Origin: Candidatus Hydrogenedentota bacterium
GTDB lineage: Bacteria > Hydrogenedentota > Hydrogenedentia > Hydrogenedentales > SLHB01
Assembly: GCA_963668025.2 (NCBI GenBank)
Contig: CAXXTH010000010.1
Span: 768,001 to 832,000, forward strand
DNA length: 64,000 nt
Direction of reading: 5' to 3'
This document shows, piece after piece, positions 1-8,386 of the stretch. The notes beneath the pieces were generated by a model that did no database searches, was not told the DNA's origin, and worked only from the letters and a program-made list of their open reading frames with translations. Numbering within the stretch: the first letter of the stretch is position 1; each line of letters opens with the position of its first letter. Made by a program: the position numbers and the translations under genes.

Positions 1-969
1 CTGCTTACATTTCCGTTCATATTCCCGGTGTGGCTGCAACGCCATTTTATCGCATGAAGTTTTGCGAGAGCCGGAACTGCCGATAGTCAGCGCGTACAAA
101 CTGATCGGATAGCATTGCACGGAATCAATCCGTACATCCCTGTGGGGTTGCACTGCAAGGCCTCCCGCGCTTAGCAGTGTATTCCCGGCCATGGATGAAG
201 GAACGCCTAGCACTTCCGTGATGAACGCATGCGCACCCGCCAGCGTCGGCATGAGAGCCTCTACAGGGAAGGGGGCCTGTTTGTCATCGCACAACAGGGG
301 CACCGGCTCAACACGGGGCACCTGGATGGCCTCAATGGCCACGCTATTGCTTTCGGACAACTCTTTTAGTAGCGCCGCCAGCGGTTCAGGGTCAGGTACC
401 GGGCCGAATTCATCCCACTGGGGGCGTTGCGCCTTTACCCAATCGCATATGTCACCCTTGGGGGGCAGTTCCGGCAAACGGCATACAACCACTTCGGGGG
501 AGGGATCAAGCTTACTGAGACACGCGGCCACGGCTTGGGCGTATTGCTCTCCGGGTTCATCGTTATCGGGAAGAATGATCACCCCGGACATATTCCGCAA
601 TGGCTTCCAATCGGCCTTGGATGCCGCCTGTGCGCCGCCTAAAGAACATACAGCAGATAGACCCATACCGCACAATGCCGCAACACACTTCTCGCCTTCC
701 GCCACATAGACGGGGCCGGTATCGAACACAAGAATTGATTCACGTCCAAACAATGGGTGTGGTTCAATTGCGCCCGCCGCCCATGCGTTGCCATTGCGTT
801 TAAAAAATGGCAGGGTCACCTTGGATCCATCGGGGAGATCGTAACGCGCCACATACCCGATGATATTCTTGTTTTCGTCTCGATAGGTCCAGAGATGGCG
901 GAATATCCCGCCTTTATAAGCGGTCGATATTCCGGGTGGCATTAATTGGATGGGAGCCGTTGCGCTCAT
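1..969 (-). CDS. Toprim primase fused to a DUF3987/YfjI-type helicase-like domain (3' end beyond window; absent from the ORF track)
   Basis: My translation from ATG 969: MSATAPIQL...VYVAEGEKCV...IILPDNDEPG...KGDICDW (Toprim) then PFPVEAL...PISLYALTIGSSGSRKTSCD (Walker A); open to position 1. Confidence 0.85.
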   Translation of the reverse strand, partial: MSATAPIQLMPPGISTAYKGGIFRHLWTYRDENKNIIGYVARYDLPDGSKVTLPFFKRNGNAWAAGAIEPHPLFGRESILVFDTGPVYVAEGEKCVAALCGMGLSAVCSLGGAQAASKADWKPLRNMSGVIILPDNDEPGEQYAQAVAACLSKLDPSPEVVVCRLPELPPKGDICDWVKAQRPQWDEFGPVPDPEPLAALLKELSESNSVAIEAIQVPRVEPVPLLCDDKQAPFPVEALMPTLAGAHAFITEVLGVPSSMAGNTLLSAGGLAVQPHRDVRIDSVQCYPISLYALTIGSSGSRKTSCDKMALQPHREYERKCKQ

Positions 970-1253
970 GCACACCCCCATTCCGCCGCCAAGTTATCGA
1001 GTGCGGCGCGAAAGCCAAGATCATACCTCGCTTGCTGAAACGCGATTATGTCTTGGCCACGCACACCACATGCGAAGCACTTATATGCACCCGTTTCCAG
1101 ATTCGCGGAAAAACTGGAAACGTGATCTTCGTGGAAGGGGCAAAGCCCCGAAGCGTAACGGCCTCGGGGCTTGTACCTCTGAATGGCGTTTGAATAGAAA
1201 TCGCGTGGATCAATTTGCTTGACACGATCACGGAGAGATGGTATAGTTTTCAT
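966..1253 (-). CDS. CHC2 zinc-finger (primase zinc-binding domain) protein
   Basis: GLCPFHEDHVSSF...YKCFACG motif; RBS TAAGGA before ATG 1253; ATGA overlap with the Toprim gene. Confidence 0.85.
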   Translation of the reverse strand: MKTIPSLRDRVKQIDPRDFYSNAIQRYKPRGRYASGLCPFHEDHVSSFSANLETGAYKCFACGVRGQDIIAFQQARYDLGFRAALDNLAAEWGCA

Positions 1254-1292
1254 ACGGAATTTCCTTAATGTTTTTGCGCCCATAACGCTCGG

Positions 1293-1511
1293 TCAAGCGT
1301 TGTGGGCGTCGCCATTTTCATTGATCCATTGCTGAAACGCACCTTCATGAATAAGCACTCTCTTTCCAATTTTGCGAATAACCTTGTCTCGGAAGCCGTC
1401 GATGTTCCGAAAAATGAGATGCCGTAGACCGCTCTCACTTGGCCAAGGATTATTCCGCGCCCATTCGCGCACCGTAAACAGCCGATTGCTTTGTAAACCT
1501 GTGTATTCCAT
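1293..1511 (-). CDS. AlpA/excisionase-like small DNA-binding protein
   Basis: LFTVREWA...PSESGLRHLIF...KIGKRVLIHEGAFQQWI winged-helix pattern typical of satellite regulators placed before primase genes. Confidence 0.7.
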   Translation of the reverse strand: MEYTGLQSNRLFTVREWARNNPWPSESGLRHLIFRNIDGFRDKVIRKIGKRVLIHEGAFQQWINENGDAHNA

Positions 1512-1580
1512 GTCACCATCCTTCACTAGTGGGGATTAATCCCCGTTCCAAAAAAATGGGCACAATGCCCAATCACACAC

Positions 1581-1609
1581 AGCTTAAACTATTCTATTAC
1601 TATTGTCAA
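1581..1609 (-). promoter_or_regulatory. sigma70-type promoter for the replication module
   Basis: TTGACA (1609-1604)-17 bp-TAAGCT (1586-1581) on the minus strand; perfect palindrome GGGGATTAATCCCC at 1531-1544 downstream. Confidence 0.6.
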
Positions 1610-1636
1610 GTCCTGCTAAACAGGATAACGCTAGAC

Positions 1637-1891
1637 CTATTTGAACATCGCCTCGATCTGCCGCTGGGTCGCTTTTTCGCGCCGAAGCCGTAAAAGTTGC
1701 TCGTGCTGCTGTTCATCCCACGTGGGGGGAGCATCCTGATATTCGGCAAATCGCTCCTGGAGCCGGTCAATCGCATCGAGCATGGCCTTTAGGTGTCCCA
1801 AGCGTTTGTTCTGGGGAAGTTTTGACATATTCTCGCCGTGCGCAATAACGGCCTCGATTGCCAGCTTTAGATTGTATTTAACCTCGATCAT
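1637..1891 (-). CDS. Hypothetical helical protein (84 aa)
   Basis: ORF with GAGGT RBS before MIEVKYNLK; co-oriented in the operon. Confidence 0.55.
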   Translation of the reverse strand: MIEVKYNLKLAIEAVIAHGENMSKLPQNKRLGHLKAMLDAIDRLQERFAEYQDAPPTWDEQQHEQLLRLRREKATQRQIEAMFK

Positions 1892-1898
1892 AGTTACC

Positions 1899-2372
1899 TC
1901 ACTTGTCGGGCCTGCTGCCCGATTTGTCCATCGTTTCTTTGAAAGTCTTGAAGGCAACTTTTGCCAGTATCTCTAAATCGCTATCGCTCGCTTTGAGTGC
2001 TTCTTCCCGCAAATTCGGCATATTTGCTCGTCTGCTTAGATTCCATGCGCGGGGTGAAGGCATGCGCACTTCCAGGCGATTAGGAGATACCTTGATAACA
2101 TACTGGGACATCGTGTTCTCTTTAGATTCACCTGTATATGTAAGCGGATTTGAATGGCCGAACCTGCGGAACTTTCGCGCCTGGTATTTCGCCGTCCGTG
2201 GTTGATATCCATATTCTTGCGCGCCCTGAGTTGTGAAGTGTTTTGGGAATAGCTTTTCACGCCAAAATTCCGCAACGGACAGATTGGCTTTTTGCCGCGC
2301 CTCTTTTGCGGCATTGGCCATGCCCCGGGGCGTTTTACCTGGAAAAATAAGAGTAGGTTTGATTCGGATCAT
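1899..2372 (-). CDS. Phage virion morphogenesis / neck-tail-completion-like protein
   Basis: HFTTQGAQEYGYQPRTAKYQARK...PLTYTGES resembles the basic P-R/S..Y..RK...L..TG pattern of Mu gpG/P2 gpS-like proteins; abuts the upstream gene. Confidence 0.5.
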   Translation of the reverse strand: MIRIKPTLIFPGKTPRGMANAAKEARQKANLSVAEFWREKLFPKHFTTQGAQEYGYQPRTAKYQARKFRRFGHSNPLTYTGESKENTMSQYVIKVSPNRLEVRMPSPRAWNLSRRANMPNLREEALKASDSDLEILAKVAFKTFKETMDKSGSRPDK

Positions 2373-3872
2373 TTATTCACCTCCCATGAGCGCTTGGCCA
2401 CGGTCGGGGCGGGTGCTGGGTCGTTGATTCCTAAAAGTTCGCGTTTGCTCTTTGGTGGCTTCGGTCAATTTGTCGAGCCGGTCAGTGATCGCTTTCACAT
2501 CTTGACTATCCAGCTTCGCATTAATTGATTCCTTCACGGCATATTGCGCTAAGCTCGCAGCCGGATGCTTCCATTTTTCTACTTCACCGTAAATACTTCC
2601 AGCCGCCTGTAAGTAATGGCCTTCCTGGAATTGTTCACTTGCACGCGATAATGCACGCATAGATCGGCGCATGCCGTACCAAGGAATTCCTTCATCTGTC
2701 GTCAACCCGCCTAGTCCGGCTTCCTCCATCTGCAAGCCTGCTTGCTGATTTTCTAGCGCCATCTGTTGGCTTTCGTATGCGCGCCGTCCGGTCATGCGCC
2801 GCGCCGCCGCCGCCGCCCGCATTTCGGCTGTTTGCTGCTGCCTCTGTAACTCCGGGAATTGCGCTTGCTTCGATAACATTAGATCCCGGGCGTATCCAGC
2901 GGGCTTTTGCGCCGCCGCTTGTTGGGCGAAGAAATCTGCGTTCTGCTCAAGCCATCCAAGCGCTTGGCCTGTCTCTTTTGCCTCAATTCCGTATCGTTTA
3001 TATTGCGTCCAGTCGGCAGCATCAGCGCCCATTACCTGCTTGATGCCAAGCGCCATTTGCGGTTCTGATACCTCTGCCGCCGAATTTTTCCCATACATTT
3101 TTGCGACTTGCAAAGTGAGTGGGGAGTCTTGCCTTAGTCCTTTTGATATATTACTAACCACGGTAGGTAATTGATCACGCGGGGCCGATCTCGATGCGGC
3201 AGAAGCGGCAGCCAAGCCGATATCCAGGCTCGAAAAACCGCCAGCTTGCGGCATGACTCGGGCGATATCCGAAACTTCAAGATCAGATGCTTGGGCGTGA
3301 AAAGCCGTCAAATCTGTGGTTTGTTGCGGAGTTAGTCCACGCGCCGTTCCGCTCAAAATCGCCGTTTCTGAATCTTCCGTTTTGGCCCCGAACTGATTTA
3401 GAAGCATCATCTGATTGGCCATCACTCGGGCCTTTTGTTCATCGCCCTGCATGCGGGATAGCGCCCTCGCCCATATCTCTGTACTATCAGCGGCAGAGAC
3501 GCCATAACGCGCGCCGTGCATGGTGGACTCTGCCATAATTCTAGGATTGTCAGACACCATCATTAAGCCGGTCGATTTCTCGATCAGGGAATTGACAGCG
3601 GTTCCAGACCGCTGGGCCATTTCCTCAAATGCGCGTAATGCGCCTGTGGCAGCATCAATGCCGGTCTTCACGGAGAGCACGCCCCCGGCCATTTTTATAA
3701 GGTCGGATGTACCCTTGCCTGCGAAATCAAGACCCCTACCGGCGCGCCCTCCACTGCGTTCTACGCCATCCAAGGACTTAACAAGGCCTTCGATTTTTTT
3801 GGTGAATGAGACAACATCTTGCACAGCCTTGGCCGTGTCAGCGTCCATCTTATAGATTAAGTCAGAAGGCAT
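2373..3872 (-). CDS. Short tape-measure-like (or DNA ejection) protein, 499 aa
   Basis: N-terminus LIYKMDADTAKAV..., Ala/Gly/Gln-rich helical composition, C-terminal ITDRLDKLTEATK coiled coil; follows the capsid gene. Confidence 0.55.
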   Translation of the reverse strand: MPSDLIYKMDADTAKAVQDVVSFTKKIEGLVKSLDGVERSGGRAGRGLDFAGKGTSDLIKMAGGVLSVKTGIDAATGALRAFEEMAQRSGTAVNSLIEKSTGLMMVSDNPRIMAESTMHGARYGVSAADSTEIWARALSRMQGDEQKARVMANQMMLLNQFGAKTEDSETAILSGTARGLTPQQTTDLTAFHAQASDLEVSDIARVMPQAGGFSSLDIGLAAASAASRSAPRDQLPTVVSNISKGLRQDSPLTLQVAKMYGKNSAAEVSEPQMALGIKQVMGADAADWTQYKRYGIEAKETGQALGWLEQNADFFAQQAAAQKPAGYARDLMLSKQAQFPELQRQQQTAEMRAAAAARRMTGRRAYESQQMALENQQAGLQMEEAGLGGLTTDEGIPWYGMRRSMRALSRASEQFQEGHYLQAAGSIYGEVEKWKHPAASLAQYAVKESINAKLDSQDVKAITDRLDKLTEATKEQTRTFRNQRPSTRPDRGQALMGGE

Positions 3873-3893
3873 ATATTTCTCCGTTGCTTAGTT

Positions 3894-3957
3894 GGGGTGG
3901 CGGCGGAAGTGCACACCGCCACCCCTAAAATGGCGCTCGCCGCCAAACGAGCGCCGG
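3894..3957. other. Two GC-rich hairpins between the capsid and tape-measure-like genes
   Basis: GGGGTGGCGG/CCGCCACCCC (3894-3925) and GGCGCTC/GAGCGCC (3932-3957); no U tract on the coding strand. Confidence 0.5.
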
Positions 3958-3991
3958 TTATCCGTGAGGCGAGTCACGGCAAGGAGCCTGG

Positions 3992-5923
3992 TTACGAAGC
4001 GCCGGTGCATTTTCGAGAGCAGCGCCAATCAGTCATACTAAGGCCTACGTCTAAACGCACATCCCAGCCAATGCCCCATTCCCCCCTATCGAGCGAGAAG
4101 GTGCGTAGCGCCGGGATTTCATCACCGCCAGCGAGATGCACAATCTCGATAGACGGGGAGTTTTGTGTGCTAAACAGGTAATACGCGGTGTTGCTACCAG
4201 AATGAGTTACGCCGGTTCGGGGATCAACCACGCCATCAGCGCTCAGGCGCTCTTCGGAAATAATATCCAGTCCCAGCACATTAAGTGGGTTGCCCGCGCC
4301 ATCGCCGCTATCCTCGAAACGTTGCGAACTCGAAACGATTTTCGCGGCCAAGAAATACAGCGCGGAAGGAACCACAAGCGTCTTGGCCCGCAAGCCTAAA
4401 ACCGTTTGGCCTACACGCGTGCTTTGCAGCGCCGCGATCTGTGCTTCAAGAGCCGTTGCAGATAGCGCCGTGCCTGTCGTTCCAAGGTTGTTGTGATCGC
4501 CATGGAAGAAGGCCGTACCGTCCGCCGCGTTTGCGTTTGCTAGTATAGCGGACCACACAAAATCAAGTTTGCTTCGCATGCACGCCGCGCCCATTCGATA
4601 GGGTGCATCCGTGATCGCGCCCATATGATCGGCTGCAAGCGTTTCAATGCCTACCTGAAACATCTGCGCAAACGAGTAAACCCGATACGTCTCGGATTCA
4701 TCTGCAAAGTACGTATGGTGCGCTTGGCCACCCGGCGCAAGCTGATTGGCCGTCAAACTCGGACCGTATTTAACACGTTTTTGTGTTTCAAAATCTGGGG
4801 CAGTGATTCGCGGAAGGAACCGGGTGGTGTCTTCGCTTTCCGCCAAACCTTTCAGTAGGGACATACGAACGGAGCCGCTCAAAATATCGCTAAACGTTAG
4901 CGTGCTTTCCGCGCGTGTCAGCACTTCGCGCACAGCGCGTTCTCTGGAGCCGGGTACGCGCAAGCCCGCCGCCCTTAGAACTTCCTTCGCTATATCGCTG
5001 TAGGTTAAGCCGCGCTGCCCCTGCGTTTTTTCTAGCGCCGCCTTCCACTGCGATTGCTCTTCATACGGAAGCATGGACAACGCCCGCGCGCCGTCAAATG
5101 TCTCGGGGAGCAATTGAGCGGAACGATGAACTGCCGGATTCATCTGGAAGCCGAATTGCAGATCAATACCCGCCGGGCCTTGCGGATACAGCTTGGCGTC
5201 GATTGCATCCAGGATTGCCGCGCGCACCTGGTTTTCATCCATCTCGCCAGACAGCGCCCGCGTGCGTAGCTCCTGGTTCACGCCATCGGGATACTTATCG
5301 AGCACCTTCCGGATCGCCAATTCGACTTTTGGGTCAAGGGTGCGTTCTTCGAGTACAGTAGTCGTTTGTTCTTCAGGCATAGGTTTCAATCCTTCTGCGC
5401 ATGAGCGCGTTTTTGCATTTCGGTCCGCGCCTATCGCGGTACAACTCAATTCCTTCAATTCCCATTTCGTAGACACACGTAATGGCATGTTCTCAGGGGC
5501 AGTATATGAGCGGCCATTGACGATCTCGGTCTCGCCCGCCTTAATGTCTCGCTTGTCCAAAATGCGATAGCCAACAGACACATCACGTGCATGGCCATCG
5601 CGGTATTTTTCGTAGACGGGTTGCGCATCCGCTGCAAAGTAAATCCGACCAACCATGCGGCCACCGTCAATATGGATGTCTTCCACATGGCCTAAAACGT
5701 CATGGATGCTTGAGCGGCTGTGGCTATCGCACACTGGCAAATACTCGGGGAGATCCGCGCCGTGCATATCCAGGACTTCGGTGTAGGGATCCCAGCCGCC
5801 CATTTCTACGGGGGAATCAGTAGCGAGAACGGCCTCCACTGAACGGGTGGCGTCGTCTGCGGTGCTGGGCGTGATGGTGAGAGAGCGGGTTGTTAGATCG
5901 TTACTCATCTCGCTCATGCCCAT
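3992..5923 (-). CDS. Prohead protease (HK97-type) fused to a Mu gpT-like major capsid protein
   Basis: Protease motifs PVCDSH, DVSVGY, WELKELSCTAIGAD; capsid part PDFETQKR...ETYRVYSFAQMF...FHGDHNNL...TLVVPSAL...WDVRLDVG. Confidence 0.85.
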   Translation of the reverse strand: MGMSEMSNDLTTRSLTITPSTADDATRSVEAVLATDSPVEMGGWDPYTEVLDMHGADLPEYLPVCDSHSRSSIHDVLGHVEDIHIDGGRMVGRIYFAADAQPVYEKYRDGHARDVSVGYRILDKRDIKAGETEIVNGRSYTAPENMPLRVSTKWELKELSCTAIGADRNAKTRSCAEGLKPMPEEQTTTVLEERTLDPKVELAIRKVLDKYPDGVNQELRTRALSGEMDENQVRAAILDAIDAKLYPQGPAGIDLQFGFQMNPAVHRSAQLLPETFDGARALSMLPYEEQSQWKAALEKTQGQRGLTYSDIAKEVLRAAGLRVPGSRERAVREVLTRAESTLTFSDILSGSVRMSLLKGLAESEDTTRFLPRITAPDFETQKRVKYGPSLTANQLAPGGQAHHTYFADESETYRVYSFAQMFQVGIETLAADHMGAITDAPYRMGAACMRSKLDFVWSAILANANAADGTAFFHGDHNNLGTTGTALSATALEAQIAALQSTRVGQTVLGLRAKTLVVPSALYFLAAKIVSSSQRFEDSGDGAGNPLNVLGLDIISEERLSADGVVDPRTGVTHSGSNTAYYLFSTQNSPSIEIVHLAGGDEIPALRTFSLDRGEWGIGWDVRLDVGLSMTDWRCSRKCTGAS

Positions 5924-6392
5924 CCTTCTTACCTCGAACAAAAGTATGGAGCACTTCTAGAATCGGAGAATCGGGCATGATCGTCAATATGTCCATCATC
6001 CATTCTTCCTCTTTGGTGGTAGCACAGAATTTGTGCCCAAAGCCCAGATGATGCCGAATGAGCGCGCCGCGTACTCGACCATATCCAAACACGCTTATCA
6101 TCGCGGCCAGCGGGGAAAGTCCATCATCCAGGGTCATTGTCAGCGCCTCCCATGGAGCGTTCACCCCAAATGAGGATATCGCCGCATCCGGCATTTCCCA
6201 CTGTTTATCCTTAACGAAGAGCGAACCTGCTACAACGGCTTGGAGTAGATCATTGAGCCGTTCACGTGTTTCTTTGTGGGGGATGGATGCACCACGCTCC
6301 AACGCGCCCCAAGCCACGCGGCTTATCCCCAACAGACCAGCGATCTCTGCCTGGGATAGCCTCAAGGCCTTTCGTGTCTTTTCAAGGTCCAT
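5901..6392 (-). CDS. XRE-family helix-turn-helix regulator with C-terminal extension
   Basis: RKALRLSQAEIAGLLGISRVAWGALERG...P; RBS TAAGGA; 3' end overlaps the capsid start. Confidence 0.85.
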   Translation of the reverse strand: MDLEKTRKALRLSQAEIAGLLGISRVAWGALERGASIPHKETRERLNDLLQAVVAGSLFVKDKQWEMPDAAISSFGVNAPWEALTMTLDDGLSPLAAMISVFGYGRVRGALIRHHLGFGHKFCATTKEEEWMMDILTIMPDSPILEVLHTFVRGKKDGHERDE

Positions 6393-6441
6393 GACAAATT
6401 CCTTAACTTTTTCCAAGCAGCCCATCTGCTAGTATACTGAA

Positions 6442-6470
6442 ATTATACACGAAAGATAAGTACTTGTCAA
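6442..6470 (-). promoter_or_regulatory. Consensus sigma70 promoter of the XRE-capsid operon
   Basis: Exact TTGACA (6470-6465)-17 bp-TATAAT (6447-6442); inverted repeat ACTTG-T-CAAGT (6462-6472) over the -35. Confidence 0.8.
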
Positions 6471-6700
6471 GTGGTATTCGTCAATCCTAAAATAATGATG
6501 AATTCGGGGTGTAGCACCTTCATTTCCTTCGCCGCCTGCGCCATAGCCTCACCTCGGAAGTCGTTAGGTTCCTCGTCCGAGCGAGGAACCTTTGCGCCTT
6601 TCCCGTAATGTTCGCCGGACTCTTTCTGTCGCTCCTTCGCCGCAGGCTTGTACATCTCGGATAGCTTAGCGGCTGAAAAAGGGGTGTCAGTGTCCACCAA
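6467..6700 (-). pseudogene. Fragment resembling the AKERQ/HTH linker of phage ParB-like proteins
   Basis: AAKERQKESG...RGEAMAQAAKEMKV, truncated on both sides. Confidence 0.35.
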
Positions 6701-7078
6701 AAATCCCTAGGAGGCCTGAAAACGCTCAAAACCTGTCCTAGGGGGCATGTTTCGGGCTGATTTGCCCTCCTAGAACTTTATGGAATTTCACATTATGAGT
6801 AGGTTAAAATGGGCATGGGTTAATATGATATATGAATAAAAGCCTGTAAAAGCCCTAATTGCAGTAGTTTAGGGGTGTCAATGTGCTATAGGTGGGTCGA
6901 TGCCCGGCCCGCCCTTGTCCTTTGGTGTATCACAGGACCCGTACACTGGTACGGCATTTCGGCCTTCCAGAATGCCCCCAGAGCGACGATCTCCCGCAAG
7001 GCTGTATCATCTATCATGCTATCCCTCGCCCTGTGTCGGCCAGCGTGGTGCGGTGCTGGGTCACTGCCGAATGAGACA

Positions 7079-7312
7079 CTAAACGCCTGCTTCAAGAAGC
7101 GATACCACACCACTTCCATGGACGGAATTGTATAAGGACTCGATATACTCGATGATGGATTCCCTGGAAAGATAGATGCGTCGCCCGCGTTTGTAGCCTT
7201 TGATTTTTCGCAACTCAAATAATTCAACCCAGTGTTTCCATGAGTGCCGGAACTCTGCCACTGCCTCATTAGGTGTAATGTCATGGCGGACGATTTCCTT
7301 ATCCATAATCAT
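7079..7312 (-). CDS. Excisionase-like HTH protein
   Basis: ITPNEAVAEF...KIKGYKRGRRIYLSRESIIEYIE; RBS AAGGAGAG; near the integrase. Confidence 0.75.
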   Translation of the reverse strand: MIMDKEIVRHDITPNEAVAEFRHSWKHWVELFELRKIKGYKRGRRIYLSRESIIEYIESLYNSVHGSGVVSLLEAGV

Positions 7313-7368
7313 CTCTCCTTTTTTTTATGGCGGGCCAGCACACGCCAGCCCGCTGCCACTCATTTCTA

Positions 7369-7659
7369 TTATTCGGCCAGGCTCACCGCCAAATATTGCC
7401 AGTCTTTAGGCTTAAAGCTGTGCGAAAAATCCAATGTGCTAAATTCGAGTTCATCATTGTTCAAATTGGCTTCAATGTGGATCTGATTGTCGACAGTGAC
7501 ATAAATCTCCCCACTCTCAACAGAATCACATGTGAATCGTTCCGGTGCGATTCCAAACCGTATACCGGCCAGATAGCGCGCCTTGGCTCTGAGGAATTCG
7601 ATCATTAGAACGGAAAGGCTTTCGAGAGATTTGGCTTGTTCGATAATTTGCATAGACAT
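7369..7659 (-). CDS. Hypothetical protein (96 aa)
   Basis: ORF with TAAGGA RBS, co-oriented between int and xis. Confidence 0.55.
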   Translation of the reverse strand: MSMQIIEQAKSLESLSVLMIEFLRAKARYLAGIRFGIAPERFTCDSVESGEIYVTVDNQIHIEANLNNDELEFSTLDFSHSFKPKDWQYLAVSLAE

Positions 7660-7728
7660 GGTGGGAATTCCTTACGGAGGCGATATAATTCTACGGACGG
7701 CGGAGCCTTCGTATCCGCTGCTCGCATC

Positions 7729-7765
7729 GGCCTTCAGGTGTTCGAGCACCTGGGGGCCTTTTTAT
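7729..7765 (+). terminator. Intrinsic terminator on the antisense (+) strand
   Basis: GGCCTTCAGGTG-loop-CACCTGGGGGCC followed by TTTTT. Confidence 0.65.
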
Positions 7766-7800
7766 GCTCACCGGCCACAATGCCGTATGATGCCTCAAAA

Positions 7801-8036
7801 AACTTTAGCAGCTTTAGCAAACGTTAGCAAATCGCAAAAAGTCATAAGCCTTTCAGTGACATATACTTACAACAAATTTTAGCAAATTAGAAACTTTAGC
7901 AGGGTCCGTTTTTTCGCCCCTCCGTCGCAACGCTGTCGCAACCGTCGCAACCACGTCGCAAATTTACTATCTATGTAAACCTAATGACACCAATTACTTA
8001 TCATCTTCTGTCGCAGTGTCGCAACTGTCGCAAGGG
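7801..8036. repeat. Two tandem iteron-like repeat modules (TTAGCA-type and GTCGCA-type)
   Basis: (T)TTAGCA at 7804, 7813, 7824, 7878, 7895 plus variant TTAGAA at 7887; GTCGCA at 7924, 7935, 7944, 7955, 8010, 8018, 8027. Confidence 0.85.
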
Positions 8037-8386
8037 TTTGTATTTCCAGGTAACGAAATACTCATTTTTAGCATTGCTTGCTTAATATCATTCTGGAATA
8101 AATGGGAATACCGCATGGTCATGGCCAGGGATGTATGGCCAAGCACCGCGCCGATCTGTTGGAGGGTCATTCCCGAACTTGCCATCAGACTTGCAGCGGT
8201 ATGCCTAAGATCGTGAATTCTACAATCTTGAATATTCGCCCGCCTTATCGCCCACAACCATGCATGGCGGTATGTTTGATATGATCCCGGAAAGATTTTG
8301 CCCTCTTGTCCATCTTGGGCACGCTTACTCAATACTTCCATAGCGAGATCTATAAGTGGAACATCACGCCCACGATTAGATTTTTC

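Noticed and set aside
191-945. Plus-strand ORFs at the window start
   Set aside because: They are antisense to the Toprim-DUF3987 gene, which has clear motifs
7801-8036. CRISPR array
   Set aside because: Repeats are 6-7 bp with 2-5 bp gaps; no 25-45 bp repeat-spacer units and no cas genes
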